DNA of 64,000 nt, taken from positions 1,073,218 through 1,137,217 of the forward strand of contig BFEA01000031.1 of assembly GCA_003427395.1 (NCBI GenBank), given 5' to 3'. The translations under genes were made by a program, and so were the position numbers. Below are positions 41,548 through 54,233 of this stretch, piece by piece; position 1 is the first letter of the stretch; every line of letters begins with the position of its first letter. The notes below the pieces were generated by a model. The model was not told the DNA's origin and searched no databases. It saw only the letters and a program-made list of their open reading frames with translations. Origin of the DNA: Chara braunii (lineage: Eukaryota > Plantae > Charophyceae).

Positions 41548-41918
41548 TATAGAGAACATGACAAGACACAACATGGCCTTGCTAAGCTCTCCGTTCGGGC
41601 GGATTGATGTGCCTATCGTCGGGGCTGTACTAGCGGTTGTGCCATTGGGAATCCATGGCTGAGTGGGTGTGTAGAGTGGGTTTTATGGCTGCGTCAGATT
41701 AGTTTCTTAGACTTACTGCCGTTCTTGTCAGGGGTTTGGACCGAAAGTCTGCTAGGACTGCACTGTTGATGTTTGTAAGGTCGACCGCCTTTCTCAGGGG
41801 TACCACTACCTTTGGGTGACGTGGTGAGTCCTTATCCATCAGTCGAATGCAGCCTGGGAAGACTGTCGGGTTCAACCTCCTGAAGTTGTGTATAGCGAAC
41901 ATGACAACACACACACAC
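41548..41918 (+). mobile_element. Hammerhead-bearing short repeat, family A copy 2 (in a CNGC intron, antisense)
   Basis: Embedded in (CA)n; 17-nt terminal direct repeat TATAG(A/C)GAACATGACAA at 41548 and 41891. Confidence 0.75.
41860..41883 (+). ncRNA. 5' half of the same hammerhead (GUC triplet kept, 3' half deleted)
   Basis: AGACUGUC-GGG-UUCAA-CCUC-CUGA, then a jump to the element's 3' end; flanks homologous to 11.56-11.80 kb. Confidence 0.7.
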
Positions 41919-42556
41919 GGCCTGCAAGCGTCTGAAAGCTAGGATTGCTGAGGAGGCTGAGGGAAAGTGGGGATAGGGCTGGGAGGTGGGGGGGAGCAGC
42001 GGCTAACTCCTCCCGATGTTTTTCCTCTCACTCACTCATTGGCCATGAGAGGTGAGGTGAGGTGAGGTGGCGACTACCCCACCCCTCCCGATGCAGAAAA
42101 TAAGCGGAACTGGGGGGATGCCGGGGAAGTGATGAAGGCTTCACCTCTCTACCTACCCACCTAACTGCCTACCCTGCCTTACCTACCCTACCTTACCTTC
42201 CCTCCCTTCCCTCCCCTTCCCTCCCCTTCCCTCCCCTCCCCCTGCCCTGCTCCCCCCCTCTCGCTGCTGCCACACCCTTACTTCGGTAAGTGATTTCAAT
42301 AGTATAGGGGCAATCAATAAACAATTAATCTGCAACCAGAATTCTGTTTGCTCGACTTCGATGTGAACCCCCACTGAGGACTCTAGTCTACAAATCTGTG
42401 AAAGGTGGGAGTAACTCTTCTGAATGCTTTTGACAGAATGGTTCCGCAGCTATGAAACAGAATTTGCACAAACCCTCTGCAAGAATGCAATAGAAAAATC
42501 AACACATTTCGAAAAAGAACAAAAAAAGGAAAGAATCATGAATGGTGTCTTCCTAC

Positions 42557-42668
42557 CTGCATATTTGCAACAAGCAGAGTGAAAATCATAAGGCCAATAA
42601 CTGAGATGGTGATGCAGAAAAGGATCTCTCCAATGTATGCACTCGTAACAAGATTCGATCCAACCGAG
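42557..42668 (-). CDS. CNGC: CNGC coding exon 4 (selectivity filter and S6)
   Basis: Acceptor CAG|C completes a Ser codon; SSVGSNLVTSAYIGEILFCITISVIGLMIFTLLVANMQ; donor CAG|GTAGGA; 112 nt restores the frame. Confidence 0.92.
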
Positions 42669-43278
42669 CTGCCATAGAAACAAAGCAATATTAAATGCAC
42701 ACGGAGTGTACAATAGTACACATCCATTGCACATGCAAGGCGAGCAAACAAATCAAACAGCACCAAAAGTGTCCAGAGGTCATTGAGGACGAAGAGATAT
42801 AACATCTGCGCAGGCAGCAAGATTGCGAGGATGGATTATTTAGGTTTGAAGCCAGGAAAGCAAGAAGGGCAGAGACACTTGATTCACACACAGACCTGAG
42901 GCAGCAAGACTACAGTGCGTGCATCGACAGCGAGTAGGACTGCCTGCAGGTCTCAAGTGGTGTCATGAACTTCGAGGACAGGAGTAGTACTTGTAACCAT
43001 GCAGCGGTGGAATACATGTCACAACTGATACGGCTCCGATTTTGAACACCGAGTTACGATGCAGTGGTGAAGACATCCAGCTTTCTCAAAAAGATTGCTT
43101 ATCTGACTCCATGCAGTCTCGCAGACGAATCCAGGGGAAGACTGATCGGTTACCCGGGCAGCAACCCATCATCCGCTGAGGAAAGATGGAGTGTTGCCTC
43201 AGGGAATCAGTTGTGGGGCAGTCAGTGACGATTAGAGGGGACACCTTTGGCCGTGTTTTGTTAGAGGCCGGCCAGATC

Positions 43279-43458
43279 TATCTAATCCTGTTTGCTCCCC
43301 GCGCTTTCGCACCTCCGCTTCAGTAGAGACCCAGAAAGACACCTTCGCTTTTGGCGTTCCTGCTAATATCTACGAGTTTTATCTCTACACTAGAAATTCT
43401 ACTTTCCTCTTACTCCAGTGAATCGGTTTTGAAGGCATTCCACCAGTAGAGCTGGTGA
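43279..43458 (-). pseudogene. Organellar, probably mitochondrial, SSU rRNA fragment (NUMT) in a CNGC intron
   Basis: Plus strand TATCTAATCCTGTTTGCTCCCC..GCTTTCGCACC..CCTTCGCTTTTGGCGTTCCT..TCTACG..CTACAC..GAAATTC is the reverse complement of the conserved central SSU rRNA region. From recall, CCTTCGCTTTTGGCGTTCC is the plant mitochondrial form. Confidence 0.85.
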
Positions 43459-44284
43459 ACCAGGGTTACGGCAGATTACGACTTGAGGGTATCATTCCGT
43501 ACTGGGACCGTGCACACTGGAGATGGTGGGAAGTGTTCTCTATGACTATACACACGACTTCACTAGCTCCCTGCTATGGTTTTCTCGAGTGATGTTGAGC
43601 AGCAGAGGTCAGAGCCGTCACTACACGGCCATGCTCTGCATCTAGTGCTAGGTGTGGGTCTGGAGTGTATTTTCTCACTGTGACAGACCTTTCTTTGTTT
43701 CATGGGGTTTTGCTGGCCTATGATGGGGTGTGAACCTCCAGCCGGTAGGCGTACCTGCTGCTTCAACGTTTATCCATGCTTGGTGACGCGCCATGCTGGT
43801 CCAGCACCTGATACTTATGTCCGCCACGTTTTCTTTTGTGCTTTTGTTTTTGGCGTGTTCTTTTTCTGCTTCTCTCTCTTTTCCTTGCCAGGGACACTTT
43901 CCCAACGTACACGGCCCCTTTTCCAACATACACGACCTGATACTTAGTCCATCACGTCGGCTTTTGTGCTTTTGTTTTTATTTTTGGTCTTTTCAAAATC
44001 CAAACAACATTCACCATGGATTAAGGCCAGCCTGTTTGATAGTGAAACTAAACCTCCAACATCCAAACTGCCATGAAGGAGAAGAACAAACGATTCCGTG
44101 TCACTTAAGAGAGCGCAAACATTCAGTTAGAAAAGGAGGTTCAGGGCAGTCCCGGCTTCCCACAAAGGTCAAGAGGCCAAGATATAAGCAAGAAAACCAA
44201 CAGAGCCCTCTTTTTTAATAGCAGCATGTCTCAAAGAGGCGCTCGTGTTCACTGCATAGCAATAACTCTACCAGTGTTGACTTG

Positions 44285-44368
<84 letters not shown>

Positions 44369-44420
44369 NNNNNNNNNNNNNNNNNNNNNNNNNNNNACAC
44401 ACACATAAGGAGATACATAC

Positions 44421-44695
44421 CTGACATTGCGGAGTCCCCACCAGAGGGAGTAGACATACTTCTCCAACAACAGCCCATGCATAATGGTTTCAATGGCTTC
44501 TTCATATATTCCGAAATTGAACTCGTCTGAGCCTGCATGGCAACTATCTTTTGCCACCGTGAGTTCTATCCCTGCACTTCTGGTCTGCTGCAAACAGTCC
44601 AGGTTTTTGACATTACACGCCGGGAGTTTGCAGTGCTGACGCCAACAGGTGTCCATCCGCTCCACACTCAACATGTACCATGACGCACCTGCAAT
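44421..44695 (-). CDS. CNGC: CNGC coding exon 3 (S5 to pore helix)
   Basis: Acceptor CAG|ATT; IAGASWYMLSVERMDTCW..FNFGIY..KYVYSLWWGLRNV; donor AG|GTATGT; 275 nt, phase 2. Confidence 0.93.
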
Positions 44696-47600
44696 CTGTA
44701 TCACCAAAGCAAAACATAACACATACAAATGTACAATGGCGATGTGACCTTACACCACACTTCAACAAGATTGATTACAAAACAAGTCCAACGTGAGTAC
44801 CCATGTCGCATGACCTTGCTGCCGTGCAGAGGGGTACAAAATATACATGAAGGCAGACGTGAAGACGCTGACCTAGGGTATGCCTGAGGTTCAGATCTGA
44901 AGCAGCTGGCGTCAGAAACCTCAATATATTGCACATAAAGAAACAGTGAGAAACGCAGAAGTGCTAAGTTGGGTGTACTCCAAAACAAAGGGCGACAGAC
45001 AAGATTACATGTCTTATACCACAGAAACAGCGAGAAGCAGTTGCGGGCATGCTGGGGCCTTCGACACCAGGTCTGGGGGCCTGGACCTCTCTTCGGCAAG
45101 CTCCCTCCTGCCTACCCCCTTCAGAAGGGCTTCGACAGCCAAGATAGCATCAGCCATCATGAGGCCTCTGTGTGAGTGAGTCCCCAGACAGGCGTCTGTA
45201 TGTTTTCTCTGTCCTGAGTTCTTGTGATTCGGTTTGCTTTGTTTCCCATTGCCACATACTCTTTTGCTGTCATACGGTTTTGTCCCAGGCCAGTTGTTTT
45301 GTCCTGGTCTAAGTCTTTGTCCAGACAGGCCTAGGTTCATCTTTATCGGACGAACTCTGGCAAATGCCATTCAGCATTTTGGCACAGCTTGTCTGTTTGT
45401 GGCCGGGCCTGCGTCCATCCTTTTGTGCCCCGGGCAGGCCCTGTTGCTAAGACAGCAAGAGAGGGCTCGGAGTTTGGTAGGCCTAGTAATTCAGGCTGAC
45501 CGAGTCGTGAAATCAGACTGCACCCCAAACTTGCTTTCAGCATGCATACACACGGACTGATGGCAGAACCAAACTCTTTCAACTCAGAATCACCAATGAA
45601 CTTGTACTTAAACTCAGTCCAAGTCAACTGTACAACTTGCGGCTATGGCTGTGGAACACTGTATCCAGCACCAGCCTCACTCTCCCTCATGCACGCATGT
45701 ACGAGGATTTACCCTGAATGCCCACGCTACTCATACGCACACACTCTGTACACTCTGTCTGTGCCCGCATATGGGCGGCTGTGGCCACCGTCGTCTTCCT
45801 CCTCCTAGCTACGGCCATCGTCTCCTTCCTCCTGGTCAGCTATGGTCGTCGTCTTCCTCACTGCCCACTTCAGCTCCGGGCACCTGCAGACCTCCACGCA
45901 CAAGTCACCAAGACAGTGCTTCCGCATGGCTTACAGGCAAATGAATGAATTGGCCGGTCACTGCTCCTTTATTTATACTTCAGCTGATGCCCTGCCCTGC
46001 TCCCAAACGTGTGGGCCTGCTGGGCCAAAACGTGTGTAGTGCCTTCTGGAATGTGCAGCCCTTCACCACTTGCCCACTTGCCTGATACTTGCTGACTGAC
46101 AGGCCTACGACCTTCTAGACTCTACCACCACTGCCTACGGACTGGGCTGACCCTTAGACCTTCAAAGAGACAGGAAGAGATTTCCAGACGGGCCCTAAGT
46201 AAGTTTAATGGTAACATACTAACCTACTAACACGAAGGTCTGTGGATNNAGTCCTGGCAGCTAACGACCAGACCTACTAACTAACCTACGGGTTTTAGGG
46301 ACAGGTCACGGGTTCAAAACTCACTCAGAACACGGGGTCAATGTACAGGGTTTAGGTACAGGTCTAGGGATCGAATCTCAGTGTCTGCAACAGTCGGGTC
46401 AACTGGGTGAATCTCAGTGTCTGCAACAGTCGGGTCAACTGGGTGAAACCGTTTCAGTAGTACCAAGTAGTTCCATTCATTCGTGTGCCTCCAGGTTGAA
46501 AGAGAGTCATAGAGCTGCCTAGCAGTAGAGGAGGTAGAGTAGCACTCAGTAGAGTCAGGAAAGGTTGGGGAGTCCACTCACCTGGTGCCAGCCACTGGAA
46601 AAAGCATGACTCAAGGCTCTGCTTTTTCAAACAACAGCTGGTACCATCCTCATGGTGGATTGTTTGAGGCATACCGACAGGGAGGAGACTGAGGCCGCAG
46701 AGAGATTGTTATCATTTGGCGCTGCAATCCCTTGGCTATTCCTCTTCTTCTTCTTCTTCTTCTTCTTCTTCTTCTTCTTCTCTTTCTTCTGCATCATCCT
46801 AACTCCATTTCCCATCTCACATCTCGTTGCTGTATGATTATAGCAGGGTTGTCTGGATCTGGGTAATATTGTCATTTTGCTGCGTTGTCAGGTCAGTCCA
46901 TATCTGGTTTGAGTGTTCCTACTCAACATGCTGGTGATCACTGCACCTTGCATTGCCACAGATTCATACTGGGCATGCTACCCTCTCCTCAGACTCCCCC
47001 GTCCCTCATTTCCCCAACAATCTCTCAGGAAGATGTCTAGATGGCTCTCTCCACAGCACAGAGAAAATATCCCCACCATAACTAGAAATGTCAGCAATCA
47101 TTCCTACAATCATGTGGCTACGCACGCACAAACTCGAAAAAAGAAAAACATGTTTATGCTCTCTCTCTCTCTCTCTCTCTCTCCAAAGGTCGGGCAGATG
47201 CAGGGCACCGTTTGGAAATGAGGCGGTGGAGTTGGGGCGGTGGAGATGATGTGGGTGGGCAGGGGGAGACGGTGGAGGTGGCAGGCGGAGGGGCGGAGGA
47301 CAGAGGTCGGGCATGTCAAGTGAAGGGAGCACGGCATGAGGAAGGAGGCTGAGCATGTCAGGCCGAAGGTGGCAGGATGGATGGGCGGGTGATGTCAGAA
47401 GGTGTCAGGCGCAGGGAGGACGGGCGAGCGAATGGTGGAAGGGAGGACAGGCCGGATAGAGGGAGGAATTGGGAAGGGATGGAAGAGGTCGGGTGGAGGT
47501 AGGGAGTGCTGCAGCAGTCCGTGCAAGTTCCCCAAGGAGGGAGGGCACAGGGCTGCTCGACTAACGGCAGGAATAGGGCAGCAGCAGCGTGCCAGTCGAG

Positions 47601-48686
47601 AGGAGGGAGAGCGGGCAGCAACGAGGGAAGACAAGCAGCTGCTTGACAGGCAGCAAGCTACTTGGAAACGTCCGGTGGCAGCTAGGTCCTCACTTCACTA
47701 CAGAACATTTGTCCCTGGCTCCACCACAGAACACTCTAAATGTATTTGTTTCTTGCATCGCTCTGCAGCCGTGGAAGGATCTTTGTGCAGTGCCACTCAG
47801 CAAATACAAAAACGACAAAAATTGAGCCGCACCACTTGCCAAATATGAAGACAACAAAAACTATGTAGCATGACGGCTGTCCATGTTCTAAAGGCAATAC
47901 ATCCTCCATTTTGCACATTTTGCGAGCAGTGCTGCAAGCCCTTTAGCATTCTATTTTCCTTTCTAGGGCAACGGCCTTGAGATATCATCACAGAATTGTG
48001 TTAGTGTCTTCTTTTCTGTTTGTTTTTTTTGAGGTTGGAATCATCGTCCCGCCGCTATAGATTTCCCCAATATCTGAATTTCACTGGAGCCAGCGCAGCC
48101 AATTAGAGATTAGCGTGGCCCGCTTTTCCAGTCGCATCTTTTGGGGCACCGTCAATAGAAGGCGGGAAGCCCACTGCTTGTCGGACAGCCCGTTTTGCAG
48201 ATCGGCAGAATCCGGTTGCGATGAGTTGTGACACAGCAGTACACCCAACTGGAGGTACTATAATAGAATGTAGAAGATAACAAATCGAGACATCCTTCAA
48301 TGCAAGCGGGCACAAGGAGAGAGGAGAGAAGGAGACAGAAGGAGATACAAGGAGTCACTCTCTTGCTGTCAACCAAACAAATGACACCAAATACTTGACC
48401 AATCATGGAGACGCTGGGACTATGGCCATGCTGATGAAGAATGAAGATGGTGATGAAGCACTCAAGCCAACACCTACAGAGTAGTCCCTCAAGGGTTATC
48501 AAAATAGGACCTGGTTTCTTAAGAACAGTTCCAATGGACTGCCATCGTCAACAACGGCAGCCAGCTCTTATTAGCATGAGGAAGAAGCAGAGGAGAAGCA
48601 GAGGAAGAAGCAGAGGAAGAAGCAGAGGAAGAAGCAGAGGAAGAAGCAGAGAAGAAAAAGGAGAAGCGCGAAGAAGAAGCACTCAC

Positions 48687-48899
48687 ATGGCTTGCAAGAA
48701 GAAGCGCCAGCAGATTCACTCCTATTCCAGCCCATGTGTGTTCAAATACGGTTCCAGATGAGCTTCGCAGCTTTCCAGCCAGGTGCACAATGCAGTAAAG
48801 ACGGGGGATGTACTGGAAAAGCACCAGTATCCTTAGGATATTCTTCAACCTGTTTGCAGGATTACCAAGGACACGCGGAATCACAAACCACAAGACAAT
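48687..48899 (-). CDS. CNGC: CNGC coding exon 2 (S3-S5)
   Basis: Acceptor TAG|ATT; IVLWFVIP..LFQYIPRL..HTWAGIGVNLLALLLASH; donor CAT|GTGAGT; 213 nt, phase 0. Confidence 0.93.
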
Positions 48900-49467
48900 C
48901 TATGGCCCAGGAATTCAACATGTACCCCCAGATGAATACCAGCCGTGCAGTACCCACGTACAGCCTCAGAACCTGCTCCCACGACAAGAAAAGGTTATAT
49001 GGTCAAAGTCACACCCCCACACCCAAGAGCCAAATTCATACCCACCCACATGCAGAGAAAGAAGATCTTAGAACCATACAATAATGCATTACCCCCCGCC
49101 ACACAAGCAGAGACACGTGCACAAACACACACATATATATATATAGTCAAACAGAGCTGCCCGGCAAACCATAGGCAGAGAGGGAGAAGAGATATATTAC
49201 CAACGCAAGACCTGACAGCAGGAGAATACAGGAAGAAGCACACATGCATGCACAAGGTCAGGATACTTGCATATGAGCCAAATGCACGCATTTGACATGA
49301 AAAAGATTCAAGAAGAGAATGGAAAGAAACATGGAAGAATATTCCAAACTCGAAACAAAAAAAAAAAACAAAAAAAACAAGAGACAGGAGCAGCACCGGG
49401 CACTGGCTTGATGGTCACTTGTTACGGTGGAGTGCAAGGAGAGGAAGATCCCTGAGCAGAAGTGGGA

Positions 49468-49544
<77 letters not shown>

Positions 49545-51274
49545 ACGTTCGCAACTCCGGAACAAAAGCTTGTGACTGTTCCCTCAGTTTGCAACTCTGG
49601 AAGAAAAGTGTGTGACTGTGCGATGCCATTTTGTCAGACATTCAGAGACTCATGAGGATGTTCAACATGACAGTCTGCCCAGGATGCATGCCTGCATGCA
49701 GGTGTGCAATCTTGTTGTGTGTGTGTTGGGGGGGGGGGGGGGGGGGGGGCATGTGCATGTGCATGTGCACGTGTGCATCTGCATGTGTGTATGACATGCG
49801 TGCATGTGTTTGTATAGGTGCATGTGGGTCCGGCCAGGGAGGGGACACAAACAGGTATCCCCGTTCAGCCACAACGTAGCCCAGTACCCAATGTCTGGGA
49901 AGTTCGTCTTTTCTTATGGCCGGCGCCGCAGACCGTGGTTGCCAGAAAACCTTTACATTTTTCAGCCGAGAAGTGGGCCTGTTTACTTTCACTCCTGAAG
50001 TCCCTTCAGCCAGGCAGTATGATTTCTGGCCGCCTGATCCAAGAGAACAGGCAGCTACAATTAAGGTCGCCCACCTGGCAGGTTTTTTTTTTTTTTTTTT
50101 TAATAAGAGAAACAGAGCCCCTCGGGCTCTGGTTCCTTCCATTCTGGGGGAGTGTCACTCCCATTCCTACTCCCCCGACAGGTCACGAAGATCACAACAT
50201 TTATGCACACACTCTGCTCCCCACCCACCTGGCAGTTTTCTTCGGCCCGGCAGGCCTGTTCTTAGCCTCCCTGAATCTGACACCGTACTTGAGCCAGATT
50301 CATAATCCGGTAAGCCCAAGACAGGAGTCAATGAATGAAACAAACTGTTTTTCAAGGGTGGAGCATACAGCTTTGCCCTTCCATTTGCGCCCTACGCCCT
50401 CAGCAACCGCTCTTTCTTTTTCGCGCCCGAGGGAGGATTCAGGAGCAGCACAGAGTTCAGTCTGACATCCAACCACGACACAAATCAAGGGGGAGTCGTC
50501 ACAATGTAAATGCATCGAAGGACGCATGATTCTAAGATATCTAGTGTGCGGCAAACAGAGAATCCGCCACAAAATTACTCAACGAGCAACCCTGACGGCA
50601 CAATTGAAGATCGGAAAGTCAAGAAAAAAAAACACAGAGCCCAGACTTGGTGTGTGGCGAGGCGCCCCCCGCCAACAAACTTTCGTATATTGGTTATTTG
50701 CACCTTTTGGTTGTTTATTTTCATGATTGTTCGCCAATTTCTTTGACTAGGATCTTCATTTTGGATTCATTTTTTACATTGACAACATTCTCCATTGACT
50801 ATGAAAAAAATTCTCGGCTTTTTCGAAGACTCTTAGGAAGAAAAAAGCTACATGACCTGTGCAATTGCTACAGCGTAGCCTCCATTTAATGAATTTTAAA
50901 AAAAAAAAAAAAAAAAAAAATGCGATTATTGTCACTTTGCCATATTTGTGTTAACTCAGTCCAAACTACTTTTTTTTTTTGCAAATCCTTTTCATTCGTT
51001 TAGGCAAAATCATTTTTGGTTCACCAAACACTTCTACATTTTCTACTCCAAAATTGAATTCCTCTCCAATTTTCCTGTTTTCTTCCAGTTCATGTTTCAA
51101 GCAAATGAATCGAGTTTTCAGCCCTGTTTCAACCACCACCATGTTATCTTGTATTTGCTTCACTGAACATTGTAAAACACTCCCACGTAGACGAGTCAAA
51201 CACAAAGTCTAGATGAGTCAAACAATTGTATGTGTTTATTATTATTTTATTAATATTTCCATCATACATACACG

Positions 51275-51870
51275 TATAGTCAAACAGAACTGCCCGGTAA
51301 ACCAACCGTAGGCAGAGAGGGAGGCAGAAGAGGACAACAAACGAGGGGATGTGACAAACTGTTTCGTTGGAGTTTCATCAACTCATCAGGAGGCTGAACC
51401 CTCCACAGTCTGCAGAATCCCCTACATGATTACACTGTAAGTGATAATCCAGCTTAACCCAGGGGGTTGCGGTTAAGCATCAATGACTACCCGACAACTG
51501 ATACCCCTCTGAGGTGGTGGGGACCACCAACCATTGCCTGTGACGAAAATCAAAGCAGATTATCATTCGCCCACACCAGATGCCCCGGTTGTGGTTAAGC
51601 ATCAAAGACTGCCCGACAACTCATACCCCTCTGAGGTGGTGGGGACCACCAACCACTGCCCTCAAGGTACAGGTGACAAAAATCAAAGCAGGCTATCACT
51701 CGCCCACACCCGACGGAAAACTCTACAGACTGCAGGCTCACACCCCATCACAGGCCAGCAAAACACCCACGAAACAAAAAAAAAAGGTCTGTCACAGCCA
51801 GAAAATACACTCCAGCCACGCCGCTGGCACTAGAGGCACAGCGTGGCCGCGTAGTAATGCCCCTAACCAT
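51275..51870 (-). mobile_element. Hammerhead-bearing short repeat, family B, longest copy
   Basis: Homologous to 57525-57735 (minus), a 3'-end fragment at 49143-49190 next to (TA)n, and a 5' part at 43605-43750 (plus). Contains an internal ~120 bp duplication at 51465-51710. Confidence 0.75.
51355..51412 (-). ncRNA. Type III hammerhead ribozyme, cleavage triplet GUG
   Basis: Minus strand reads CAGACUGU-G-GAGG-GUUCAG-CCUC-CUGAUGA-GUUGA-UGAAACU-CCAAC-GAAA-CAGUUUG. All three helices and both core boxes are present. Confidence 0.88.
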
Positions 51871-52128
51871 TAATTATATGCAACTATCATAATTATACAA
51901 CATAGAGATTAGATATGAGATCCTTCCGCCAAACGGAAGGAAGCGCGAGTGTGTTTTTTTATGGTGTAGCATTTTATTCTGACTTGCCGGTGGAATAGGA
52001 ACCGGACTGATGCTCCCCAGAATGGAAATGGAGCCAGGGCCATAAGGACCTGTTTTATGTAAAAAAGAAAAAAGAAAAAAAAAAAAAGAGAAAGAAGATA
52101 AGATATGAGATGGGAAAAGGATGTTCAC

Positions 52129-52701
52129 CTGAGGGAGTGGCAACACTGCCAACAAGTCGATAATGAAGCTGCCCTTGAGATAGTGCATTGCAACAGCCCA
52201 GCGGTCCGTGACAAGTTCTCCACGTCCAAAGACTCGCGAGCACGGTTTCACATAGGCGATACGGAACTGAAAGAGCATGTGGAAGAAATACCCACAGTCC
52301 AGAATAGTTCGGGCGGCGGTCAAAGACCATGCAAACCACTCTTGAGTATAAATACACACGAGGTCCAGATTGACGGCCGGCAAGAGGTAGAAGAATGGAT
52401 CCAGGTAGACAGACACTAGAGCCAGACAGATGAAGCCACGTGTCCATCTCTGAACCACTTTGCTTGACGGATCGCGGATCCGGAAGATTCCCTTCTCATC
52501 CTCGTCGTCAAATCTTGACTGAAATTTCGCTCCGCCCGATTGTCCTGCCGGTTTCAATCGGCAGTATGCGTGGCAGTTGGAATCCCACGGGTCTGTCCCA
52601 CTCATACTCTTCTTCCTCTTCGTTCCTCCCATTCCCGAGCCATCATCGACCTCCACAGCGGAGGTCCCTCCTCCCAGACACGACTTCGAATTCACTGCCA
52701 T
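52129..52701 (-). CDS. CNGC: Plant CNGC channel, coding exon 1 (N-terminus, S1-S3)
   Basis: ATG at 52701 with an in-frame stop upstream. Translation includes RDPSSKVVQRW..LDPFFYLLP..FQFRIAYV..SRVFGRGELV..IDLLAVLPLPQ. Donor CAG|GTGAAC at 52129/52128, phase 0. A further upstream exon cannot be excluded. Confidence 0.93.
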
Positions 52702-54233
52702 CGCGCTGAAACTCCTCCCCACGACACCTGTCCTTACGTTCTCCTACGATGGCTACGTAATCAACTTCTAAAACAAGTTTTCAAACCATGTCACAGCAGT
52801 CAGTACCAGGTACCTTCACTCCAAACTAGTACAAATCAAAACTCCACTCCAACCGAGTGTGTCCAGTTTAGGTCCTCAGAAGAAGCCTCCATGTACTGAA
52901 AATCGAAGAAACATAGAAAAACGAACCGTGCACACGATGATTGTCACCACACCATTGCACCATCTCCATCTCGATTCGATCACAAAGTACAAGGCATATA
53001 GCCTGAAAAAATCTGCATCTCTCCTACACACAGCAGGCAGATAGATCCCAATTCTACAAAAAACTATATAATATGAGAACTGTCCCCTCTCAGCTGTGAG
53101 GGAGGGTGCAAGCAAACGAACCCTTCTCCTGCCGCTACAAACCTTGCAAGTTATTTTTTCCCCTTCAACAAGATCATAGTAGAACTGCAATCTGCTGTTT
53201 GCTACCACGCAGCCTCCCAAACTCTTGTTTCCTCAACGGCCTGGCCATAAAAATAGCCTACCTCCACATGTGCACATATATTGCAGCAGGTCTATTCTCT
53301 GGAATCGACCCGATGAGAGAGTACAAATCAGAACAGCCCCCATAGCACCCACAAAACCCCCTTCAGTGCTATGGTTGGCCATATATCAAACCACACACAC
53401 GAGTCCATGCCAGTGTCCCGTCTTCCCAACCCCGTTTTTTTGCTGCACTGCCTGCGCACCAAAAACAGTGAAGTGGAAGAGACTCAAAAAATATATATTT
53501 CTTCTGTCTGGCGGCCCCAGCCTGTTCCTTCCAGTCCGCCCCGGTCGGCAGCTATGTGGCTGGTTTAACTTCGCAATCCGAACAAAATAGCTCCCAAAGG
53601 CGCTACTGTTCTTTTTTAATGGTGTGTGTGGACACCCTGCAAACACACACACACACACAGGACAGGAACGCCTGTTGCCCCGTTTATTCCGAGCACTCGC
53701 TGCAACTGGAGTTTATTCCGCAAACTCACTGCAAGGCGGCTCGATTCTTTATTCTTTTCTCCCCAAATTGTGCAAAACAAAGACTCCGACACTTCCCATC
53801 ATCCACAGACGTAAGACGTACAACCTTTGGGCAGTAACTACCAGAAAAAGCGGGACCGCTCCTCATTGGTGTCATCTGATGACGTGTCCTCCTCTGTAGA
53901 GCCAAAATCTGTGCAGATCTGAAATTGTGCCGCGCTTCACGATCTCTCCACAACCATAATCAGCGACCCCTATGAGATCATAAAGCCAACCTTTTACATA
54001 AGCAGCACTACAAAATAAAAGAGAGTGCAGCCTCTGTCAACTGCACAGACATTCTCGCAGGTTTCAAAACGGGACGAAGTCTAACAGAGTCGAAAAAAAT
54101 GCCTCCGGACCGATTTGATCATCCAATCGAATGCTCAAAAAAAAAAAAAAAAGGCTCAAAAATATCACTGGATATAAAAAAAAATCAGCATGTTACACTG
54201 TCGAATGCTCAAAAAAAAAAAAAAAAAAAATGC

